Below, one piece after another: positions 8,463 through 17,897 of a stretch of 64,000 bases of DNA. The position numbers and the translations under genes were made by a program. The notes beneath the pieces were generated by a model. The model was not told the DNA's origin. It was given only the letters and a program-made list of their open reading frames with translations, and did not search any database. Numbering within the stretch: position 1 is the first letter of the stretch; each line of letters starts with the position of its first letter. Source of the stretch: Patescibacteria group bacterium (lineage in GTDB: Bacteria > Patescibacteriota > Minisyncoccia > Phycocordibacterales > CSBR16-119); contig JBPOJJ010000001.1 of NCBI GenBank assembly GCA_052033715.1, positions 1,331 through 65,330 on the forward strand. The letters run 5' to 3'.

Positions 8463-9605
8463 TTAGACCTGGTTTATATAAATTGTTTTAATTAAAATAT
8501 TTGAGCTTGGCTTGGCGGTCTCAGTCTTATCATAAAAATCGTGCAGGGTCTTCGTGCTTGGAATTATAACATCAAATTCGGTGTGGCCAGTTGTGAATTC
8601 CGGGAAAAATTGATTAGAGATTTTTGAAGATACCGACGAAGCCATTTCTTCCGGCGCGAGCAAAAAGACCGTTTGAGGTAAATGTCTATTCGGCAACATT
8701 TCCAATAATAACTTTTTGAGTCCTGACTGCCACATATCGATTGTAAATTTTACTGCGCGCTCAGTTAAGTCTTTACTTTGAACATCCAAAGAATTGTCGG
8801 TATGGAGACGAAAGAGCGATTCGGTTTCGGCGATAGTTTTTCCGAGCCCTAAAGACATGTTTCTGATGAAATTACTTGTTCCGTACGGAAAAAAGGCGGT
8901 ACTGGTCATGTAATCAGCTTTTGTAAAAACAACTTCGGTTATTTCAGCACCAATATTTAAAATCAGTGCATCTTTAGATGTAGACATAAAATCCCGAGCG
9001 AAGACAAAGTCAGCGAGCATTTGAGAGGTGAAAAAGATTTTCGATTTAAAAGTCTTGTGAATTTTGTCTTCAAGATTCTGAATCCAGGTCTTGTGGGCGA
9101 AACTCAAGAAGATTTCCAAAACCGCAGCAGTCGTTTTTTGGCCGTGTGGAGACTTGACGTTATAACCATTAAGAGAAACTTTGGTAATCTTTTTATCAAT
9201 TATCTGCAAATCTTTTTTTATTTCTCCTTCAAGTTTTAAAATCTCGGACGCAATCAATTTCTGGGCGTAAATTTCGGTGAACTGAAATTCTTTCCCTTTT
9301 TTGACGTTTATGGACCGAAGTTCCCCGTGAGCCCACGGAGTCGACAAAATGCAATAAATTTTTGACGGCTTAACAAGGGCACGATTTTGAAGTTCGCCAC
9401 ACACCACGTCAGTCATCTCGAGAATCTCTTTCTGCAGTCTAAGCCCATCTACAGCCGCGCGAACAGGGAGTCTCTTTGAAACTGTTACCAAGACAAACGG
9501 AAGTTTCTTCTTATCTTTTAGAAAAATGACACCGGAAACTCCGCCAGAAGAAATATCTAAAACGGCAATAATCTCCTCTTCAATTTTTGTCGAGAAAAAA
9601 CCCAT
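8463..9605 (-). CDS. Actin-like ATPase-fold protein (PilM/FtsA-like), function uncertain
   Basis: 380 aa. The N-terminus EEIIAVLDISSGGVSGVIFL resembles the phosphate-1 motif of the actin/Hsp70/sugar-kinase fold. A bona fide ftsA lies elsewhere at 33907. Confidence 0.35.
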   Translation of the reverse strand: MGFFSTKIEEEIIAVLDISSGGVSGVIFLKDKKKLPFVLVTVSKRLPVRAAVDGLRLQKEILEMTDVVCGELQNRALVKPSKIYCILSTPWAHGELRSINVKKGKEFQFTEIYAQKLIASEILKLEGEIKKDLQIIDKKITKVSLNGYNVKSPHGQKTTAAVLEIFLSFAHKTWIQNLEDKIHKTFKSKIFFTSQMLADFVFARDFMSTSKDALILNIGAEITEVVFTKADYMTSTAFFPYGTSNFIRNMSLGLGKTIAETESLFRLHTDNSLDVQSKDLTERAVKFTIDMWQSGLKKLLLEMLPNRHLPQTVFLLAPEEMASSVSSKISNQFFPEFTTGHTEFDVIIPSTKTLHDFYDKTETAKPSSNILIKTIYINQV

Positions 9606-9648
9606 GGTCTTTTAATTTTAGCAAAAACGGATTCTTTAAACAAAAGAA

Positions 9649-11325
9649 TTATTGCAGAACTGCTTTGATGCGTCGCACGCCAGCAGAGGATGCTTCTTCT
9701 TTTTGAATTTTGAATGTTCCGAGAACGCCTGTGTGCTCTACGTGAGGCCCACCACAAAATTCTTTTGAGATTGCGTTACCCTCTTCGTCTTCGATAAAAT
9801 ACACAGAAACCGTATCCTCGTACTTCGCGCCAAATTCCATTTGAGCCCCAAGTTTTTCAGCTTCAAATTTTGACATTTCACGCCGAACAACTTTCAAATC
9901 ACGAGCGATAGCCTGGTTTACAATATCTTCAACTTTTTTCTTTTCTTCGTCAGTCATTTTTCGCTCAAAACTAAAATCAATCCGAAGTCGCTCTTCAGTA
10001 ATATTGCTTCCCCGCTGTTTTACGGAAGGGCCGAGAACTTCTTGGAGAGCAGCAAGCAGCAAATGGTGAGCGGTGTGAAGTTTGATGGTCGCTTCGTTGT
10101 GGTTCACAAGCCCGCCTTTGAACATACCAGCGGAAGAAGTCTGTGAGAGTTTCTGGTGTTCAGACATTTTATTATTGAAATCTTCCAGGTCGATGGTTTG
10201 GCCTTTCTCGCGAGCAAGTTCGGTGGTTAGCTCAATTGGAAATCCATACGTGGTGAACAATATAAACGGATCGGTTCCCTTTTCAAATTCTTTCAAACCT
10301 TTTTCCAAAGTCTCACGGAATTTTGTTTCTTCTTTGTTAATCTCGCCTTTGTCATCCAAATCATAAATTCCTTTATACATTCCTTTGACCTTCCCAACCA
10401 TTTCCGTAAGCGGTTCTTTGGAGAATCTCGCGGCCCGTCGAATCAATCGACGTAAAATGTAGCCCTGTCCTGTATTTGAAGGAAGAATTCCGTCAGATAT
10501 TAAAAATAGAGCCGCTTTAACGTGATCTGTGACAATTCTTTTCTCTTTCGTTTCCTCGCCGAAAAATAAATCAGTTTCATACACGTTATCAAGCCCATTC
10601 ACCACCGCTGTGATACGTTCAAGTCCCATTCCCGTATCAACATTTTTCTGTTCAAGTTTACCGACGACTTTCCCACCCTCTGATCGGTATTCCATGAAGA
10701 CGTTATTCCAAATCTCGATAACTTTTTCATCTTTTTGCACTTGTAAAAATTCATCATGTGAAAGCTCCCCGCAATTTCCAGTCACGTCGTAGAAAATTTC
10801 CGTATCCGGTCCGCACGGTCCGTTGTCGCCTGGTCCCCACCAGTTGTCTTCTTTACCAAGGAAATAAATTCGTGACTCTGGAATTCCCGCCTTCATCCAG
10901 ATTTCGGCTGACTCGGTATCACGCGGCGCATTATCGTCGCCTTCGAAACATGTTATATAAAGTCTCGCTGGATCAAGTCCGAGACCGACGTTTTTATCAG
11001 TCAGGAATTCATAACTCCAAGCAATTGATTCGTCTTTGAAATAATCTCCAAGTGACCAGTTTCCAAGCATTTCGAAAAATGTCAGGTGTCTGTTGTCGCC
11101 GATGTCTTCGATGTCGCCAGTACGTAAACATTTTTGTACACTCGCAAGGCGTGTACCAGATGGATGCTTGGCGCCCATTAGATACGGAACGAGAGGTTGC
11201 ATGCCGGCCGTTGTAAATAATACAGAGGAGTCGCCTTGAGGTATTAGCGAGGCTCCCGGCAAAATTGTATGCCCTTTTGATTCAAAGAATTTTAGGAATT
11301 TGTGTCGAATTTCGTTACTTGTCAT
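9649..11325 (-). CDS. alaS: Alanine--tRNA ligase, short form (catalytic + tRNA-recognition + editing domains; no C-Ala domain)
   Basis: The ORF-track start at 11487 is an N-terminal over-extension. The conserved N-terminus MTSNEIRHKFLKFFESKGH...FTTAGM begins at ATG 11325. The editing-domain CGG.H motif is near the C-terminus (CGGPHVEHTG). Length 558 aa. Confidence 0.85.
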   Translation of the reverse strand: MTSNEIRHKFLKFFESKGHTILPGASLIPQGDSSVLFTTAGMQPLVPYLMGAKHPSGTRLASVQKCLRTGDIEDIGDNRHLTFFEMLGNWSLGDYFKDESIAWSYEFLTDKNVGLGLDPARLYITCFEGDDNAPRDTESAEIWMKAGIPESRIYFLGKEDNWWGPGDNGPCGPDTEIFYDVTGNCGELSHDEFLQVQKDEKVIEIWNNVFMEYRSEGGKVVGKLEQKNVDTGMGLERITAVVNGLDNVYETDLFFGEETKEKRIVTDHVKAALFLISDGILPSNTGQGYILRRLIRRAARFSKEPLTEMVGKVKGMYKGIYDLDDKGEINKEETKFRETLEKGLKEFEKGTDPFILFTTYGFPIELTTELAREKGQTIDLEDFNNKMSEHQKLSQTSSAGMFKGGLVNHNEATIKLHTAHHLLLAALQEVLGPSVKQRGSNITEERLRIDFSFERKMTDEEKKKVEDIVNQAIARDLKVVRREMSKFEAEKLGAQMEFGAKYEDTVSVYFIEDEEGNAISKEFCGGPHVEHTGVLGTFKIQKEEASSAGVRRIKAVLQ

Positions 11326-11489
11326 GAGTGAAAGTATATTTCCTAGCGAGGATTCTTGCAAGTAATAAACTTGTATTGAATCCGAGCGACGGAAATATAC
11401 GAGCGAGCGAGAATACGCGAGGCTCGTATATAGAAAAGTACAGAAACGACAAAGGCCCCCGCAAACATCTTTAAAATTTCTTGTCAAAT

Positions 11490-11512
11490 GAAAAAGCCCC
11501 CCGCCCGGGGCC
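11490..11512 (-). terminator. Rho-independent terminator of the 11540..11932 gene
   Basis: Minus-strand reading gives GGCCCCgggcggGGGGCttttt (stem GCCCC/GGGGC, loop, T-run). Confidence 0.4.
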
Positions 11513-11539
11513 TTCCACTTGGCAACTGACGTGAAGAAA

Positions 11540-11932
11540 TCACGGCAACTGCTTCAGCTCCGCCACTGCCGTGAATACACGCAGAGGAGGATTCAGTTCG
11601 CGTCCGTTCTTGAAAACGACTTTGAACATGGTATAGAGCTTCTCTCGCTTACTGCCGCCCATGAGCATGAATTCGACTTTCGCCGAAGCATTGCTCACAG
11701 AAAGCGGATGGTCTTTGAGCTTGAGATAGTACCCAATCGTGCCCGTTCCATCAGGCAGGTAGTGGAACTTGTCCTTCGCAGATACCATCTTGCCGTGGAG
11801 TTCATAGAACATGCCTGGCTCTTCGTAGACCTCGGCGATCTCTTCAAGCGCGATATGGCGATCTTCTAGAGAGGCCTTTACAAGTTCTATGGGTAAATGA
11901 ACACCCACGAACTTCGGTTGGTAAGCATCCAT
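11540..11932 (-). CDS. Hypothetical protein (GC-elevated cassette)
   Basis: 130 aa with no recognisable motif. GC is higher than in the neighbouring alaS/mnmA genes, and it has its own GC hairpin terminator. Confidence 0.45.
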   Translation of the reverse strand: MDAYQPKFVGVHLPIELVKASLEDRHIALEEIAEVYEEPGMFYELHGKMVSAKDKFHYLPDGTGTIGYYLKLKDHPLSVSNASAKVEFMLMGGSKREKLYTMFKVVFKNGRELNPPLRVFTAVAELKQLP

Positions 11933-11987
11933 GATACATGGGGTTAGGGGTTTATTAAGCTATAACACAGCCAATTTGTTAGGTCAA

Positions 11988-13037
11988 CTAGGCGATTATC
12001 CCTCCCCCCAAGACCACTTCTCCATCATAAATCACAACCGATTGACCGGAACTGGCAGCGATTTGTGCTTCCTCAAAAATTACCATATCGTTTTCAATTC
12101 GACACGACTGCAACGGCTGTTGATAGCGAATTCTGGCCTGTAATTTCTTGGTCACGTTCGGCGCCACCCCGAAAATCCAGTTAATGCTTTCGAGTTTTAT
12201 TTTTTTTGTATCTTTGTATTTTTCTTCATCAGATTTGTTCCCTGAAACTGTAATAGTATTTTGTTCGAGGTTTCGAGTAATAACGTACATCGGTTTATCG
12301 TCAATTCCTTTTTGGGTAATAGTGAATCCGTGGCGTTCTCCAAGAGTAAAAAATAACGCACCGTCGTGAGTTCCAATAACATCACCAGAGAAATTTAAAA
12401 CATGCCCCTCCTTTTTCGGGATGTAGTGAGCCAAAAATTCCTTCATATCAATTGGACCCAAGAAACATACGCCCTGGGAATCTTTTTTCGTTTCTGTCGG
12501 CAAATTATATTTGCCCGCAAGTTTTCGAACTTCGGATTTTTGTAAATTACCAACTGGGAAAATTATTTTTTCTATTTGATCTTTTGTTAAAGTCCATAAA
12601 AAGTAGCTCTGGTCTTTACTTTTATCGAGCCCCGCCAAGAGTTTGCCTTCTCTGGAAATGGCATAATGTCCCGTTGCCACAAAATCGGCTCCGTGCGCTA
12701 GAGCGTATTTCAAAAAGACTCCAAATTTGATTTCTTTATTACACATCACGTCCGGATTCGGTGTGCGTCCGGCGCGATATTCATTGATAAAATATTCTCC
12801 AACGAGTTCTTTGTACTCGCGTTCGGCATCAATGGTAAGAAACGGAACATCAAGCGCGGCACAAACGCGCATGGCATCACGACGCTCTTCTCTCCAAGTA
12901 CAAGTTATGAAATCTGGTTGCCAGGTTTTAATAAAACATCCGACGACGTTATACTCCCCGTCTTTTAACAACGCCAAAGAAACAGAGCTATCAACTCCGC
13001 CGGAGACGCCGACGTAAACTGTCTTTCGTGAATCCAT
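11988..13037 (-). CDS. mnmA: tRNA-specific 2-thiouridylase MnmA
   Basis: The PP-loop SGGVDSSV is near the N-terminus: MDSRKTVYVGVSGGVDSSVSLALL from ATG 13037. The ORF-track start at 13073 is an over-extension. MnmA catalytic-Cys regions and a C-terminal beta-barrel are present. Confidence 0.85.
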   Translation of the reverse strand: MDSRKTVYVGVSGGVDSSVSLALLKDGEYNVVGCFIKTWQPDFITCTWREERRDAMRVCAALDVPFLTIDAEREYKELVGEYFINEYRAGRTPNPDVMCNKEIKFGVFLKYALAHGADFVATGHYAISREGKLLAGLDKSKDQSYFLWTLTKDQIEKIIFPVGNLQKSEVRKLAGKYNLPTETKKDSQGVCFLGPIDMKEFLAHYIPKKEGHVLNFSGDVIGTHDGALFFTLGERHGFTITQKGIDDKPMYVITRNLEQNTITVSGNKSDEEKYKDTKKIKLESINWIFGVAPNVTKKLQARIRYQQPLQSCRIENDMVIFEEAQIAASSGQSVVIYDGEVVLGGGIIA

Positions 13038-13110
13038 GTAAAAGTAATTTAAAACAAAAAAGAGAAAAAGCAAAGCCCACCAAGGTCGTTGGTGGGGCGT
13101 TGCTGCTTGG

Positions 13111-13782
13111 TCAAATGTGCATTACCTGCCCCTTGCAAACAAAAGCTCGCAGAATTCCTTTCATGCCAGGAGAGAGTCGATCAAATGCGACCTTCTTCGG
13201 CATGAGAATGGAAGGAACTTCCGTTTTCTCTTTGTCGGCGCGATGGTATCTCTGTTCCCGTTCTCTTGATTTGATCTGTATTGGCACATCGGTCTCTGGA
13301 AATCCCGGGAATCGCGCACGTACGATTACGTCCATACGCTTGGCGTCTTCTTCTAGTGTAGCCAATCGCGCAGACATGATGTGCGGATAAGTCTTGGCGA
13401 GCTTCTCGAAGTATCGGACGGCCAGACGTTCGGCACGATATCCTAAGTGGGAATAGGCCACATCACGACGGATGGCAAGCAAGAGATCCTTCGGTTCACA
13501 GTCAGCGCCTATCACGAAGTGGGGCGATCCAACTTTCGTACGAACGACCGCCTTACTTTTCATGGCGGGAGAAGGCGCGAACACAAAAGAGAGCTTACTG
13601 GAACCCCTACTCACGATACTGGCCGTGAAAGAGATTCTTATCCAGTTCCAACTAACGAACGTGATCTCCAGTTCGTCCGTAATGAGGCCGAAACCTCTCA
13701 TCAATCGGACCAAAGATTCTTCGAAGGCGCGTCTCTCTTTCAGTAAAAGCACGCAAAGTTTCTCGTAGCTTTCGCTGGTCAT
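13111..13782 (-). CDS. Hypothetical protein (GC-elevated cassette)
   Basis: 223 aa starting at ATG 13782 (MTSESYEKL...). GC is ~55-60%, and many overlapping ORFs on both strands are typical of GC-rich DNA. No confident family assignment. Confidence 0.45.
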   Translation of the reverse strand: MTSESYEKLCVLLLKERRAFEESLVRLMRGFGLITDELEITFVSWNWIRISFTASIVSRGSSKLSFVFAPSPAMKSKAVVRTKVGSPHFVIGADCEPKDLLLAIRRDVAYSHLGYRAERLAVRYFEKLAKTYPHIMSARLATLEEDAKRMDVIVRARFPGFPETDVPIQIKSREREQRYHRADKEKTEVPSILMPKKVAFDRLSPGMKGILRAFVCKGQVMHI

Positions 13783-13826
13783 GGCTATGGTGGTTTTGCC
13801 GCCAATACTAACAGATTCTCCGCGAA

Positions 13827-14372
13827 TTACAATTGCATCAACTTTTTATAGATTTCAAACAAAGCGCGAGTGTCAGCCAAAGCGGAGTGTTCCCGTGCGT
13901 TTTCGATTCCGAAAAATTGACAAAGTTTGCTCAAGGCAAAACGTTCGATATGTTTACTTGTGTGGAGTTTGGCGTAAGCGATTGAGATGGTATCGAGTTT
14001 GGCATAAAACATTTCGTTTTTGATACCAGTTTTTGTAAAAGCGCGTTCGATGAAGGAATAATCAAAGGTTACGTTGTGAGACATAAACACCGCGCCTTTA
14101 GATTTCTCGGCGAAGACTTTCATGACTTCAGTCAGGCTATTGGCAAAAAGCCACTGACCTTCGTCATAGCCGTTTACTTTCAAGGCCTGGGGTTCGGCTG
14201 TTTCAATATGTTCCGGCTTTATGCGAAATTCTTTTTCCTCGATTATTTCAAACTCCTTCCCCTCGCCACCCTTCTGGCGAACAAGGATATACGCGAGCTC
14301 GATAATCTCGTGTTTCTCGGGATCAAAGCCAGTTGTCTCAATATCTACAAAAATCAAATCTTCGTTTTTCAT
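13827..14372 (-). CDS. DEDDh 3'-5' exonuclease (DnaQ/Pol III epsilon-like)
   Basis: 181 aa. Exo I is FVDIETTGFDP, Exo II is HNVTFDYSFI, Exo III is HSALADTRALFEIY. Confidence 0.8.
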   Translation of the reverse strand: MKNEDLIFVDIETTGFDPEKHEIIELAYILVRQKGGEGKEFEIIEEKEFRIKPEHIETAEPQALKVNGYDEGQWLFANSLTEVMKVFAEKSKGAVFMSHNVTFDYSFIERAFTKTGIKNEMFYAKLDTISIAYAKLHTSKHIERFALSKLCQFFGIENAREHSALADTRALFEIYKKLMQL

Positions 14373-14373
14373 T

Positions 14374-15375
14374 TTATTTTAAATAGTTAGCAATGTTTCT
14401 CTTGTGTTCGTCGTAAGTTTTGGCGTAGTGGATTTTAGCATCTTTGTCATGAAGATAAAATAAATATGGCGAATCTTTCGGATTCATCGCTGCACGAATA
14501 GCATCAACTCCAGGATTACCTATCGGCGTCGGTGGGAGACCTTTGTAGACATAGGTATTATATGGATTATCGGTAGCAAGATCGTCTAGAGTGAGCTTAG
14601 AAGAGGGTTTTCCTGTAAAATACCGCAGACTCGCATCTACCTGAAGCAACATGTTTTTTTCAATTCTTTTCCAGAGAATTCCTGAAATCATTTGTTTCTC
14701 TTCGTAGCCGTCGTAGGCTTCGTCTTGGATGATTGACGCCATTATAAGAATTTCATCAATTGTTTTTCCCGAGCCTTCGATTTCCTCTGCGAGATTAAGG
14801 CTTACTTTCTTTTTGAAATTGTCTCGCATAGCCCTAATAACATCCGCCGACGTAGAGGATCCAAAGAAATAATAAGTGTCAGGAAAAAGATATCCTTCCA
14901 AATTTTTTGTCAAATATAAAAATTCTTCCTGATTAAAATTTGGAAACTTTTTCACAAGAATTTCTGACATCTCTCTGTTCGACAACCCTTCGAACAATGT
15001 CACTGAGATTTTCTCAACACCAAAATGACCGAATGCAATCCTTTCAGCAATTTGCCAGGCGTTGAGTCGTCTGTTGAAAAGATAATCTCCCTCCAAAATA
15101 CTTTTGTCGTTCGCAAGAGCGAGAACGAACGTCTTGAAAAGACCGACTGATTTTATAATTTCTGCCTCTTCTAGTTGTTTGGCTATCTCATCTAAATTTG
15201 AGCCTTTTTGAATAGTTATGACTTGATCGGTTGGAAAACTCTTCGGAGCCGAAATTACCGACATGAAAAATACAAAAGCCACAAAAGCACCGCCTAGAAC
15301 GATAATCGTTTTCCAATTTATCTTGCGCGGCGATAAGGGTTGGTGGGTTTCTTTCTCGTTATAAAATTCGTACAT
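14374..15375 (-). CDS. mltG: Endolytic murein transglycosylase MltG (YceG family)
   Basis: 333 aa. Has an N-terminal TM helix, the YceG motifs EGYLFPDTYYF and GLPPTPIGNPG, and a catalytic E in the LEG context. Confidence 0.8.
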   Translation of the reverse strand: MYEFYNEKETHQPLSPRKINWKTIIVLGGAFVAFVFFMSVISAPKSFPTDQVITIQKGSNLDEIAKQLEEAEIIKSVGLFKTFVLALANDKSILEGDYLFNRRLNAWQIAERIAFGHFGVEKISVTLFEGLSNREMSEILVKKFPNFNQEEFLYLTKNLEGYLFPDTYYFFGSSTSADVIRAMRDNFKKKVSLNLAEEIEGSGKTIDEILIMASIIQDEAYDGYEEKQMISGILWKRIEKNMLLQVDASLRYFTGKPSSKLTLDDLATDNPYNTYVYKGLPPTPIGNPGVDAIRAAMNPKDSPYLFYLHDKDAKIHYAKTYDEHKRNIANYLK

Positions 15376-15378
15376 AAA

Positions 15379-16644
15379 TTAAAGTGGTAAATTGACTGGC
15401 GGTTCGGACTTTTTAGACTCGATGCGTTTAAATGTCGGAGTCGTAGATACTCGTCCTGGAAAGTGATAAATCGTGGCCAATTCTTCGGCGGTCAAAACGT
15501 AGTATTGTCCTTTGAATGGTGGATAAAAATAACCTCGTTCAACATAGGCTCTCAACATGTCTAGTTTTTTGCCAATCTTACCATCTCCAGATATATCTTC
15601 CCATGGATTATCAAAATCAGTTTCATTTGCAATTTTAAAACCATTTAAATTGTTTGAACCATATGGTCTCATAAACCCAACGAGACCAGCAATATGTTCT
15701 GGGCGGAAATTGTCTTTTTTGGCCACATACAAAGTCCTAATTCCAACGTCAAAGGCCGGCTTGTCTAGACTTCGTTCAATAGCATTTATTATTTCTTGTT
15801 CTGATTTGGACATTTTCAAAGCCTTGCCGAGTTTGTCTATGGCGTCAGTGCCATCATATTTTGCTTTAATTTTTTCCATTTCTCTTTTGGCTTTGTCTTT
15901 CCAGTCTTCTGTTTTGGGGATAAGAGAATAAGGATTTGTGTAGCTGTCTTTTGTAGACCGAACAAGTATTTGCATCCAAAAATGCTCGCCCTTTCCCATT
16001 GTTCCCATCCATTCAATTTGTGAGACAATTGGATCGATAAGTCCGGCCTCTTCTTCGATTTTGGTGGTTGCTTTATCCAAACCAAAATCCGTATATGTTT
16101 TTATTGGATAAGCGTCGGGTTTTTTAAGGTGTTGTTCACAGCCCCACATACCCCATTCTTCCTCCTGCATAGAGCGCAAAACATCCAAAGTATAGTCTGG
16201 CACCTCAAAAATTTCTGCTTGCGGATACTGGGCATAAATTTGTGATTGAATTATGTTTTGAAAATTTTTAGGAGTTCGAATCAAAAAACGAATTTCTCCT
16301 TCAATAGAAATTATTTCCAAAGAAAACCAAAAAAGCACTCTGCCTTCCCAATATTTCTTGTATCGTGTACCTATTCCCCCAGTCTGAGACAATGCATTAC
16401 CGAGGGCTATCTCCATCGCACGTGGGGTCTTATAAATATCTTTAGGGACCTTTATCTCAAGTAACACCCATTTAAGCCCGGAGATCCATTCCGCGTTTCG
16501 ATGTCTGACCCAAAGATGCCATCCCAAAAACGTAAGCCATACGGGGGCTGTATAAATAATCACTTTTACAATCACAGAAAAAACTTTCAGAAAAAAAGGA
16601 TTCGAAAACATCGAAAAAAAGTCCATGAAATAATTGTAGCACAT
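15379..16644 (-). CDS. Hypothetical membrane protein (two N-terminal TM helices, large soluble domain)
   Basis: ~421 aa. The track start at 16647 is TTG, and ATG at 16644 is used here. TM segments lie in VIVKVIIYTAPVWLTFLGWHLWV. No known motif. Confidence 0.55.
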   Translation of the reverse strand: MCYNYFMDFFSMFSNPFFLKVFSVIVKVIIYTAPVWLTFLGWHLWVRHRNAEWISGLKWVLLEIKVPKDIYKTPRAMEIALGNALSQTGGIGTRYKKYWEGRVLFWFSLEIISIEGEIRFLIRTPKNFQNIIQSQIYAQYPQAEIFEVPDYTLDVLRSMQEEEWGMWGCEQHLKKPDAYPIKTYTDFGLDKATTKIEEEAGLIDPIVSQIEWMGTMGKGEHFWMQILVRSTKDSYTNPYSLIPKTEDWKDKAKREMEKIKAKYDGTDAIDKLGKALKMSKSEQEIINAIERSLDKPAFDVGIRTLYVAKKDNFRPEHIAGLVGFMRPYGSNNLNGFKIANETDFDNPWEDISGDGKIGKKLDMLRAYVERGYFYPPFKGQYYVLTAEELATIYHFPGRVSTTPTFKRIESKKSEPPVNLPL

Positions 16645-16666
16645 CAAAAAAACCTTCTCTCCACAA

Positions 16667-16760
16667 GCAAAAAGCCAAATTGTAAATTTTTGAAATCCGA
16701 GGACCTAAGTGCGTAGACACGCTTCCGCGGGATGAAAAAACTTACAATTTGGCTTTTTGC
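16667..16760. repeat. Perfect 19-bp inverted repeat with a 56-nt spacer containing a small internal hairpin, in the intergenic region
   Basis: gcaaaaagccaaattgtaa (16667..16685) and ttacaatttggctttttgc (16742..16760) are exact reverse complements. The spacer contains gcgtagacacgc. Confidence 0.6.
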
Positions 16761-16767
16761 GATATTT

Positions 16768-17802
16768 TTATTTTGAGGCTATATCGTACTTTCCGTCTTT
16801 GGTTTTTTTGAAATATTTTGGATTATGGAGATTTACGAGGATGGTGTTTCTTTTCAAAAATCGTTCTTTAAGGACAGCATCAACGATTTCATCTTTGGTC
16901 ATTGGGCCATGTTCTTTCAAAATTCCTTCGATGACCTCACGCACGATTCCCGGTTTGTAACCCCAGTCACGCAAGGCGTATCGACCGCGACCAACCAAAA
17001 CGAAACGCGGATCTTTGATAAGTTCGTTGTGAGTTGTGGCGGCAAGAGTTTTGCGATTAAAGGTTTTTGTGATGGCTTCGGCAACTTCGCGGAAGTGCAT
17101 AGGTTCACCGTGACGTCGCATAACGAGGAAGGTATAGTCTTTAACTCCTCGAGTTTTAACATTTTTTGAATCAGCCTTACCCCATTCGTTTAGAGGATTC
17201 TTACCAACTTTCTTTGACAACCTGAGCCATCTCTTGGCAATTTCAGCATCACGATGCTCTTCAGAAACAGACTTAACAAAGCTTAGGAATTTTTCAACGA
17301 TTTTTGATTCCGGAAGAAGCTCATCGTCACCGAGAGACGCATAAAGCTTTCGCAAGGCCTCGTGAACATTTTCCACAACTTCGTGATCAAGCGACCAACG
17401 AGCATTGAAGTCCTCATCTTCTTTTGATTTCTGAAATTCATCACCCAAAACCAGATAGAGATGAACGTGGTTTTGTGTCGATTTATCTTTCGAAACATGT
17501 TCCAAAAACTCATCTTCGGAAACAACAGCGCCAAGAGAATGTAGGAGATTTTTGAGTTCTCCGAAGACCTCTTTCATCTCGTCCATTTCTTTAGACTTAC
17601 GGATAGTATTGAGAGCAGTATTTTCAATTTGACGAACTCGTTCGCGAGTAATGGCATATTTCTGACCAATCGCTTCGAGGGTCTTTCTTTCGGTATCATC
17701 AGTCAAACCATAGCGATTTGCGATGACGTCAAAAGAGCGGTCCTTGAGCGAGGACAAAAGCTTCTTCGTAATCTGTTTTGGTCGGAAGGAAATAATTGCC
17801 AT
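16768..17802 (-). CDS. Sigma-70 region-4 (HTH) domain protein fused to a ~270-aa uncharacterised C-terminal domain
   Basis: 344 aa. The N-terminus VIANRYGLTDDTERKTLEAIGQKYAITRERVRQIENTALNTIRK matches the sigma70 r4 HTH. Regions 2 and 3 are absent. Confidence 0.55.
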   Translation of the reverse strand: MAIISFRPKQITKKLLSSLKDRSFDVIANRYGLTDDTERKTLEAIGQKYAITRERVRQIENTALNTIRKSKEMDEMKEVFGELKNLLHSLGAVVSEDEFLEHVSKDKSTQNHVHLYLVLGDEFQKSKEDEDFNARWSLDHEVVENVHEALRKLYASLGDDELLPESKIVEKFLSFVKSVSEEHRDAEIAKRWLRLSKKVGKNPLNEWGKADSKNVKTRGVKDYTFLVMRRHGEPMHFREVAEAITKTFNRKTLAATTHNELIKDPRFVLVGRGRYALRDWGYKPGIVREVIEGILKEHGPMTKDEIVDAVLKERFLKRNTILVNLHNPKYFKKTKDGKYDIASK

Positions 17803-17897
17803 AAATTGCCTTTAATTTCTAATAATTTGCCTTTGTTTTCTTAATGAATTTTGTGTCCCCTATACTATCATCAAAGCAAATTAATGTCAAATCCATG

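Noticed and set aside
11326-11487. 54-codon N-terminal extension of alaS in the ORF track
   Set aside because: Conserved AlaRS N-terminus begins at MTSNEIRHKF (ATG 11325). The extension is Cys/Arg-rich junk reading through the promoter region.
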